From assembly GCF_001194135.2 (NCBI RefSeq), contig NC_068991.1:32468014-32511124 (forward strand): DNA of 43,111 nt, read 5' to 3'. Position numbers and translations under genes: made by a program. The stretch's first letter is position 1; each line of letters opens with the position of its first letter. The notes under the pieces are model-generated. The model had not been told where the DNA came from. It was given only the letters and a program-made list of their open reading frames with translations, and did no database searches. Shown one piece after another: positions 33,807 to 43,111 of the stretch. The DNA comes from Octopus bimaculoides (lineage: Eukaryota).

Positions 33807-35643
33807 CAGGGATTGGACAAAATAATGGAAATGCCTTAAAATTTCAAACAAATTTATTTTAATATGGGGTAGAACCACCTTTGGCAGTAATTACAGCTTA
33901 AATTCTACGAGATATGGACTTGTACAAAGTTTGAATTGTTTCCAAAGGAATTTTTGTCCATTCTTCAGCTAAAACAGTCTCCAGTTCTTGTAGTGATGAT
34001 GGTGGAAGATATTGACTCCTCACTTGTTTTTCTAAAATGCACCATAAATATTCAATAATATTGAGATCGGGTGACTGTGGTGGCCAAATAAAATGTTCAA
34101 CTTCACTAGAATGTTCTTCATGCCATTCAGTAACAACTTTAGCTGTGTGAATTGGTGCATTATCATCCTGAAAGATTGCGTTTCCCTCTAGAAACAGTTC
34201 CGCAACCATAGGATGAATTTGATCAGATAAAGTGCTTAAATAGTCTTGACTATTAATTCTGCCATGAAAGGAAACAATTGGGCCGGCAGATTTTCAAGAT
34301 ATAGCCTGCCAGATCATCACAGATCCTCCTCTATGTTTAACAGTTGGAAGAAGGCAGTCTGGGTCAAATGCTTCGGATCTATTTTAAAACGGGGGCCACA
34401 TTTTTCATTAATGTTTTACGTAGTGTTTTTGGTACGGAAAGACTTTCAAACTTCATATACTTATCTATTTTGTGTTATAGAACAGAAAAATATTTTTGTA
34501 TTCGAATTTATTTCATGTAAAAAATTGTCTTATTTCGATAATTTCAACCAATCACTAACAAGTATTCAGTTGTTTACATTTACTCCTTTGGCTGATTAAG
34601 NNNNNNNNNNNNNNNNNNNNNNNNNNNNNNNNNNNNNNNNNNNNNNNNNNNNNNNNNNNNNNNNNNNNNNNNNNNNNNNNNNNNNNNNNNNNNNNNNNNN
34701 NNNNNNNNNNNNNNNNNNNNNNNNNNNNNNNNNNNNNNNNNNNNNNNNNNNNNNNNNNNNNNNNNNNNNNNNNNNNNNNNNNNNNNNNNNNNNNNNNNNN
34801 NNNNNNNNNNNNNNNNNNNNNNNNNNNNNNNNNNNNNNNNNNNNNNNNNNNNNNNNNNNNNNNNNNNNNNNNNNNNNNNNNNNNNNNNNNNNNNNNNNNN
34901 NNNNNNNNNNNNNNNNNNNNNNACTTGGTTGGTGGTTGGAAATAAAGTAAAGGATGACTCGTCCAAGAAAATAACATTCTTCCACTGCTCTAGGGACCAA
35001 TTCTGTAGGTTTTTACTCTACTCTAAACGCTTTGCAATGTTTGTTTTTGAAAGCAGTGGTTTTCTGATTGCAGCCCTCCCGTGAAATCCAGCTTTACATC
35101 GCTTAATCAGCCAAAGGAGTAAATGTAAACAACTGAATACTTGTCAGTGATTGGTTGAAATTATCGAAATAAGACAATTTTTTACATGAAATAAATTCGA
35201 ATACAAACTGGGTTCTTGAGGTGGTCATTAAGCTCTGCAGTAAATTTGGGAGCTGTACTTTTGTGATCTTTTCTAACAATTTGCGTAAGAGTCTGATGCT
35301 CCCTATCTGAAAGTTTTGTTTTGACGAAGAGGTTTTTCCCCTTTCTCAAAGGCTGTCATTACTTTTGAGACAGTAATTCTTGATAGACCAAACATCTTGA
35401 CTGTTTTTGTTATGCTAGTGCCTGCCATACAAGCACCGACAATTTGACCTCTTTGAAAGTCTGATAGATCTGTCATTTTAATGAATTTTAATTACCTTTT
35501 TCTTATATCTGAAAAGAAACAGCAATTTTAGCAAAACATATTAAGCAGCACTAATAATAAATCAAAAAACATAAAAATAAACAAGCTTTTTGGCGGTTTT
35601 ATAGATATTTAAAAATTATGATGCTAGGTGTTTCCATTATTTT
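33807..35643 (-). mobile_element. Tc1-family transposon with a DD36E catalytic triad, interrupted by insertions and gaps
   Basis: TA|CAGGATTGGACAAAATAATGGAAA at 33805 and complementary TTTCCATTATTTT at 35631-35643 form the TIRs. The minus-strand transposase starts at ATG 35476 (MTDLSDFQRGQIVG) and includes IFLDESSF, TVKHRGGSVMIW and FQDDNAPIH...WPPQSPDLNIIE. Confidence 0.9.
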
Positions 35644-35852
35644 NNNNNNNNNNNNNNNNNNNNNNNNNNNNNNNNNNNNNNNNNNNNNNNNNNNNNNNNN
35701 NNNNNNNNNNNNNNNNNNNNNNNNNNNNNNNNNNNNNNNNNNNATACTACTGCTATTTAGCCCTAGGAAGCTGGACCGCTTCCTGTTGGCCTTCACACAT
35801 TTCCTGTGTCCTTATCTTTGTAAGGGGGAGACAAACTCCTCCACCCAGCCTA

Positions 35853-36610
35853 GCCTGGTTTGGCTAAAAACTTCAGCTGATTGAGATACTCTCTCAGAAT
35901 TAGACCAAATGAAGTTTAGTTTTCAACATAGTCCCACTTGCAGCTTGTACACTTCTTTCATTGGTGTTGCAGCGCTTGTATCCCATTGGTGAAGAAACTT
36001 TCATCCAATTGGTCAAAAAAGTCATCAGCAACAGATGTGACATCTTCACTGCAGTACTTGTTCCCAGCTAAGTGTTTCTCATTTTGGGGAACAGATTAAA
36101 GTCAGATGGGGCCAAATCGAGAGAATAAGGAGTCTAATCAACCATTTCACAGCCACCGTCATGCACAGCAGCCATTGAAAACTAGGACTTGTGTGCTGGA
36201 GCATTGTCCTTAGGAAACAAGACCCTTTCATCAGTTTTAATGGGCATTTGGTCTTGATAACCTTTTGCAACTGCCTCAGCAAGTTGGCATAGTACTCTCC
36301 AGTGGTCCTTTTGAAGATAGTCAATTAACACAATGCCTTTTGCATCCAAAAAATTTGACTCCATCACCTATCCAGCTGATAGAACAACTTTGGCCTTGTT
36401 TGGAGCAGGTGAGGAAGGGGGGTCACTACATGGATTGCTTCTTTGTCTCTGGTTCAAAGTGATAAACCCAACAATCATCCTGGCTTAGGAAACATTCAAG
36501 GAAACAAACTGGGTCTTCCTCAAACAGCATCCAAAATTTTCTGTGGTGTGATCTGCCTGGTGTGCTTTTGATCAGGTGTCAGATGTGGCACCCTCTGAAC
36601 AGAAACTCTG
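35853..36610 (-). mobile_element. 5'-truncated mariner copy, same family as 24744-25984, in the opposite orientation
   Basis: KGIVLIDYLQK, FPKDNAPAHKS and PYSLDLAPSDF. The DNA is visibly alignable with 25250-25980, and there is a TIR remnant near 35853-35880. Confidence 0.82.
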
Positions 36611-38517
36611 ACCCATGCATGCATGGAAAAGTGGACATGCAACCAATGATGATGATAGTTACTCACATGGATGTCCATATACTTTGCAAGCAAAGACAAA
36701 ATCTGCACACAATTCAAAACTGTTGGATAGGTCTTCTCTAGTACATAGTCTCAAACACTCAGTACTGTCATCTTCTTGGTGAGATTCAGCCTTCTGCGAT
36801 TTGTTTTTTAGCTACTGTTCAGCCTTTATCAAGAAGTAATCTACTTTTCAAGCACGGTGCATCTACAACTGCATAATCCAATATGTCATCATTCACTTTT
36901 TTACATGATAGTATGTGATTTAGAGTGGGGTTTGATTGCTATTTGAAGCTGATCAAGTAACTATATAGGAGCTCCTCCATTCAGGTAGTGGTGGGGCTTG
37001 GTGAAATTTAGCAAACATAAGGAAGTGGTGTTGTTTTCACCTTACTAACAGCATTTCTATATCTGGCTTAAACCATTCATCTGAACTTGGTTTTCTTAGA
37101 GTATAGTATTCTCTCAAAGTCCTTATCCAAGTCAGTGAATAGTTAAGGTGTCTTGCTCTTTGTGTAAGATAGTATCACTGATACTCTAGTAAAAACCCAA
37201 ACTGCATCTTATCTAAGCTAATTCTCTTCTTGTTGTATTTTAAGTATTTTTAGTACTTTCAAAGCTTGGTCTATCAGTTTATTTATGCCTCTGTAAATGC
37301 CTTCTTTCTAAAGCATCTTTTTGTCCTTGTACAGTAATCAAAATTAGTGTTTCACTAAAAGTTTAATTTATAAGCTAGATTGGAATTTCTCACCATTCAA
37401 GTTGAATGATGTCTGTCTGTCTGTCTGTTAATAGAAATAGTGTTCTTTAACATTTCTGACATTATTTTGCATTTACCAACATATTTTTGTGGAATGTCAA
37501 ATAACTGAAAATAATATCAGATTGGCATGTAGCTACTTCAGTCTGACTCTAGCGATTCTTTATGTAAGATAGAACCAAAATTAATTTTTGTCTATTCATC
37601 TACACTTGTCAAATACAAGGAATGTTTGTAAGTACATATCAATTATGACCTGTCATAAAGATATTAAATATTTAGATGGTGCTGGATGTTCTATCTAAAC
37701 TCATGAAATGCTATTTTTCCTGCACTTATCTGGAAAATTGAGCAACACCAGTAAATTTTACTGTCTAATGTTTACTAGCCAACCTGCAAGTAACAGCAGC
37801 CTAATCACATAGTCAAATCACACCCTACTTTTTTCAAAAACAAAATACACTTTGCACAGTGTAGTGCTAAATATTATATTTAAGAAAGGACAGGATGATT
37901 ATATCTTTTTATCCTGTTGAATCAGGGCTGACCTATTGTTGATATAAAAAGGCAAAAGCTGACCTAATTTTTGTCTGATCAGCTCCACATTTACCTAACA
38001 ATCTGTAACACCTGTTTACAACTAGATGGACTTGAATACTGTTGTGAGGTAAGTACCTTGTTCATAGACAACACAAGTGACAAATTTATCTTTTAGTAAC
38101 CAATCATTACATTGTCTAGAGCCCTACTGACTCGACTAGCAATGCTTTTCATCTTTAATATTTTAGTCTTGATTCAATTCATAACATAGCCCTTATAAAA
38201 CTAACTGGTGGCACTTATGCACAAAATAGACATTGCACATCTGTACTCACATGCATCTTGAAACAAACCCTTGTACAAACCAATAAGGGAGTTTCTGTAT
38301 TGTTGTTAAACCTTTTAGAAATTTCAACCAAATCTCCCAAAATACACCCTTAAAAAACTGGGCTTAGATCTGCTTAAATCTTTTGAACCAATGGTTATTC
38401 ATGAAACCATCTCTTCCACAAAAGCTTTTAGCTATAGATTGTGAAATATATTAAAAAATATATATCAAATAGTGACAGAAAACCTGATGACATTTGTGAA
38501 TTCACTATTTGCTGCAG

Positions 38518-38642
38518 GTTTACTTGATATCCATATGGAACTGGATCAAACTGTGGCAGATTTTTTAGGAGTTGAGGAAGCCATTACTTTCCCAATGGGT
38601 TTTGCTACAAATTCTATGAATATACCATGTCTTGTTAGTAAG
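38518..38642 (+). CDS. SPTLC2: Serine palmitoyltransferase 2, later coding exon (+[41 protein letters not shown])
   Basis: GCTGCAG acceptor and AAG|GTAAGT donor, 125 bp, phase 1/0. Contains the LCB2 signature [11 protein letters not shown]. Confidence 0.95.
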
Positions 38643-38889
38643 GTAAGTTGTTTCATATTTTCTCTTTGTCTTTTATATATATATATATATATTTTTATCC
38701 ATTATTTGTATATTACAAAATATTCTCATCATTCACTTTTGCAGTCAAGAACTAGTTCCTTAACCATCAAATCTGATATTTTTAGTTAGTTAGTGCATTA
38801 CTAACAATTGTTTTACTAACTGTATTACTAACAGTTATTTTACACTTTTAATATAAACACTGATGGCTTTAGTTTTATTTTTTGGCCAA

Positions 38890-40020
38890 AAAATTGTACT
38901 TAGCTTTCATCGACCTGGAGAAAGCTTTTGACAGTCCACTATGTTATCTGGTGGTCTCTAAGAAAGTTAGGAGTAGAGGAGTGGCTTGTTAGAGCTGTAC
39001 AAGCCATGTACAGTGGTGCTGTCAGTAAGGTGAGAGTCAGTCATGAAGACAGTGATGAATTTAGTGTGCAAAATGGGGTTCACCAAGGATCAGTTCTCAG
39101 GTCATAACAGAGGGTTCAAAACAGTATATAGTAGTGGGAACTACTGTATACTGATGACCTCGCTCTTATTGCAGAATCTGTAGCAGAATTGGATGAAAGC
39201 AAAACCTGGAATTAAAGTTAACCTAGAAAAGCCATTGTTGTTGTTAGCAAGAAAACAGATAAGACTCTCTTTCTGTCTGGTAAATGGATCTGCTCAATAT
39301 GTAGGATAGGAGTTGGAAGTAATTTCATTCGCTGCACCCAGTGTAAGCTATGAACATTATGTGATAAAGTGGAATCACAGGTAGAGTAACAGATAAAGTC
39401 ACCTTCATGTGTGGCAAATGTGCAGAAACAATGAGCACTAAGAGCATACAGGACTTAGATTCTCTCAAATGCCCAGGAAGCTATCTTGAGGTAGTAGATA
39501 GTTTCTGTTATGTAGGTGACCAAATTAGCAAGAGTAGAGGACATTTTGAAAGTATTGGTTCTAAAATAATAATAGGATGGGGGAAGTTCAAAGAGCTTTT
39601 ACCTTGTTGGCAACGAAAAAATTCTCTCTCAGAGTGAAAGGTAGATGCTTGTGTATGAAAGGCTATTCTCTGGTAGTGAGGCATGGGCTCTGAATGCAGA
39701 GGACATGTGTTAGCTAGAGAGGAACGAAGGCAGTATGATCTGCTGGATGTGCAACATCAGTGTGCATAAATGACAATGTGTTGAGAAAGGTTGGGTATAA
39801 AAGGTATGAAATGCAGAGTGCAAGAGAGGAAAATACATTAGTTTGGACATGTGATGTGTATGAATGAAGACGGCTGTAAAAATAAGTACCAGTCACTGAA
39901 AGTGAATGGTACCTGTGGAAGAGGAAGACCTGGGATGAAATGGTGAGGACTGATCTGAGGATGTTAGGCCTCATGGAGGAAATGACAATGGACTGAGATG
40001 GCTGGCAATATGAGATTCCA
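38890..40020 (+). mobile_element. Degenerate RTE LINE RT region
   Basis: LAFIDLEKAFD, LRKLGVEEWLVRAVQAMY, GVHQGSVL, LYTDDLALIAES, a Cys-rich segment, VVDSFCYVGDQ and GWGKFKELLP. Confidence 0.85.
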
Positions 40021-40864
40021 GAGAAGGCCTGCTCACATTTGTGAAACTGAGTTCCAGAAGCACTGTGGATTCCACCCACACATAAAATGTTCACACATCC
40101 TATGGTATAAAGTTAACTTCAGCAGGATTTGAATTCAGAACATGAAGGAGTATAACTTAATATGAAAAAATTTTGCCTGATTTTCTGATGATTCTGCCAT
40201 TCACTGCTCAGACATGCAAGTATCCCAAGATCTGCCCTCCACAGAACAGCTCATACTCTTAGAAAGAGTGCTTTATCTATGGCTTTTGAAGGCATGACGT
40301 TAGTTAAAATAAAGAAGAAGAAAAACATAAACCAATATTTGATATCCACACTGTGTATAATACTTCAAGTGTGTATATTAACAGAATACAAATGGTTGTA
40401 TGTTAAAAGGGAGAGAAATGGACATTTGAATAAACTTCTATTCAAAGCAATAATGAATCTGTCGATAAAAGAGCAGTATTAGAGTTTACTGCACTGATAC
40501 CAGTATATAACGAATATTTTATTAATGCTAAGAATGAAAGTTCAAGACAACTCTGAATGGATTAAGACTGCAAAGGTCAAAAATAAAACATTCTGTCTAC
40601 TGCTTCACCATTTCTATCCCTCCACTACCTGACCATTACCCTCAGTCCACTGCTTTAGTAATAAAGAGAATTTTCACATAGAGACACTAAACCATTTTTT
40701 TTATTAACATAAGGTGGTGCTCCAGCATGGCCACAGTCAAATGACTGAAACAAGTAAAAGAAAAGAATAACCTTGATACACAAACTTTGTGAGAAGGATA
40801 AGACAATCAAAATTAACCTGAAGTTAAATGACAACAATGTAAAAATATGTAAATAAAAATGCAA

Positions 40865-41060
40865 CATCATCATCATTTAATGTCTGCCTTCCATGCTGGC
40901 ATGGGTTGGATGGTGTGACAGTAGCTGACCAGACAGAAGACTGCACCAGACTTCTGTCTCTGTTTGGCATGGCTTTTACAGATGGATGCCCTTTCAAACA
41001 TCAACCACTTTACAGTGTGGACTGCATGCTTTTTACGAGGCACCAGCACTGGCAAGGTCA
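40865..41060 (-). repeat. RTE LINE 3'-tail copy (diverged)
   Basis: (CAT)n then TTAATGTCTGCCTTCCATGCTGGCATGGGTTGGATG. Confidence 0.75.
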
Positions 41061-41143
41061 CTAAGTAACTTGCTATACAAACAATCTTTGAAAAGGGAGG
41101 GGGCATTGGAAGAGGTGATCTTGTGTCTTTTGCCCTGGTGGCT

Positions 41144-41670
41144 TTGCCTTTCATCCTTTCAGGGTCAATAAATTAAGTACTAGTGAAATATTGGGGTCAG
41201 TGTAATCAACTAGTTCCCTCCCTGCAAATTTTTGGCTTTGTGACTATGGTAAATATTATTACTAGTAGTATTATTTAGCATGCCGGGTAAAATGCTTTGT
41301 GGTATTTTCATCCAATCTTTGTGTTCTGAGTTCGAGGTCCACTGTTGTCGACTTTGCCTTTCATCCTTTTGGGGTTGATAAAATAAGTGCCAGTTAAGCT
41401 CTGGGGTCAATGTAATTGACTGACTCCTAACCTTGCACAAGCTGGCTTTGTGCCGAAATTTGAAACCATTATCATTATTATTCAGGCAGCGAGCATCCCA
41501 GGCAAAATGTTCAGCAACATTTCATCCATCTTCACATTCTGAGTTCAAATTCCACAGGGTTGATAAATTAAGTACCAGTGTAACACTGGGGTCGAAGTAA
41601 TCAACTATCTCTTTCCACCAAATTTCAAGCCTTATATCTTTAGTAGAAAGGATTATTATTATTATTATTA
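41144..41670 (+). repeat. Three head-to-tail family-A SINE copies ending in (ATT)n
   Basis: The words TTGCCTTTCATCCTTT, TAAATTAAGTAC and GGGGTC recur at about 41145, 41355 and 41560. Confidence 0.75.
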
Positions 41671-42804
41671 ATGGTGGAATGTGCTGACATGGCTGTTTGA
41701 GAGATTTGCTTTGTAACAGCATAGTTTTAGGTTTGATCTTTCTCCAGAACATCTACGGCAAGTTATGTAGCCTTCAGTCAACTAATATCTTACGAGTGAA
41801 ATTTGGTTGATGGAAGCTATAAGCAGGCTGCCATGTCTGTATGTGTGTGTGTCTTCTTAATGTTGCTTGGGCAGCCATGATGTTTATGTTCCATGTGAAC
41901 AATTCACATGGTAGGTAGCTCAGCTTCAATATGTGAAGACCAGTGAATGAAATGCCTCACTTGAAAACAAGGATTAATATCAGGAGGGGCATCACCTATG
42001 CAAGCATCAAGAAAAATGGACGTAAAACCAATGATGATGATAATAGTCAGTAACTTAGTTTTTTTTCTTCTTTTAATTTATTAAAAGTAAAATAAACTTC
42101 TGTTATTGGGTCTTGTGTTTCCATTAATCAGCAACATGATACTGCACACCACACAGCCCTCTTACTCCCTCTCTATTTCTCCCATGCACACACATCTCTT
42201 TCGTGTGAACAAACCCATATAAGCATTTTGCATTGTTATATTCACATGCCAGTACATCACACACACACATACGTGTGTGTATATCTATGTTCTAACATGA
42301 ACTAAGGTCAATAAATACAAAAACAATATCGTTGATAATACTATTTGTTTAGTTACTAAAGAGGTAGGGTCTGAATTAAATTGTTTTCTTGTCTCTAAAT
42401 GGAAATTTTTAAATATCTGGAGAGGAAAGTATCATTATAGCTTTAACTTAAATCACAAGTTTCTTGTAGCACAATACCTTTGAGAAAATGGCATTTTTTT
42501 AAACAATATTAAGCTACCCTCTTTAAATTTGGTTTTTACATAAATCATAAATTTCTTTTTCCTAGAATAGTTTCATTGTAGTCAGTTAGTGAAATAACTG
42601 TTATCTGATTCTTTTTTTCTTCTCTTTTCTTAATTTCCTTTCTGCAGTTAAAGATTCATGTAAGAAAAAAGTTTTAAAATCTATAAAACAAAATAAACAA
42701 CTTTATTTGTTGTCTGACCGATATTCTGGTGGGAAAAATTCCAAAATTTTTGTCAATGTTTAAAATGTTTTGCTGTTTATTTTAGTAATTTTTATAAAAA
42801 GGCA

Positions 42805-43046
42805 AATATATATATATATATGTATATGTATATATGTATATGTATATATGTATATATGTATATGTATATATGTATATATGTGTATATGTATATATGTATA
42901 TATATATATATATATACATGTATATGTATATATATATATATATATGTGTATATGTATATATGTGTATATGTATATATGTATATATATGTATATGTATATA
43001 TATGTATATGTATATATATATGTATATGTATATATATATGTATATG

Positions 43047-43111
<65 letters not shown>
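42805..43111. repeat. (TA)n/(TATATG)n microsatellite
   Basis: Directly visible simple repeat running to the window end. Confidence 0.95.

Noticed and set aside
37982-38056. Perfect donor GAG|GTAAGT as a candidate for the missing SPTLC2 exon
   Set aside because: The upstream sequence does not encode the GSYNYLGF segment and the nearest acceptor is weak.

Overview
Eukaryotic, AT-rich, gap-ridden draft-assembly window. The repeat landscape (RTE LINEs with (GAT)n tails, tRNA-derived SINEs, TA microsatellites) looks like a coleoid cephalopod such as Octopus; that is an inference, not a database result. The single host gene is the 5' half of serine palmitoyltransferase subunit 2 (SPTLC2/LCB2 family) on the + strand. 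Four GT-AG-bounded coding exons are visible (10039-10164, 16074-16241, 26632-26786, 38518-38642). Reading-frame logic requires one more exon between the last two, probably hidden in an N-gap. The introns and upstream flank are filled with decayed mobile DNA: RTE LINEs, two Helitrons (one about 8 kb), mariner and Tc1 (DD36E) transposons, a Gypsy element nested in an RTE LINE, a CR1-group LINE and many SINEs. The most interesting observations are (1) a 1.7 kb ORF1-only, RT-less retroelement inserted inside a SINE that shares a spacing-conserved 3' tail with a neighbouring SINE, (2) a PHD finger embedded in the RTE reverse-transcriptase ORF, and (3) a candidate 12-nt in-frame microexon of SPTLC2. 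There is no evidence of prokaryotic systems, CRISPR, rRNA or intact tRNA genes. Most repeat boundaries are approximate and were read by eye.
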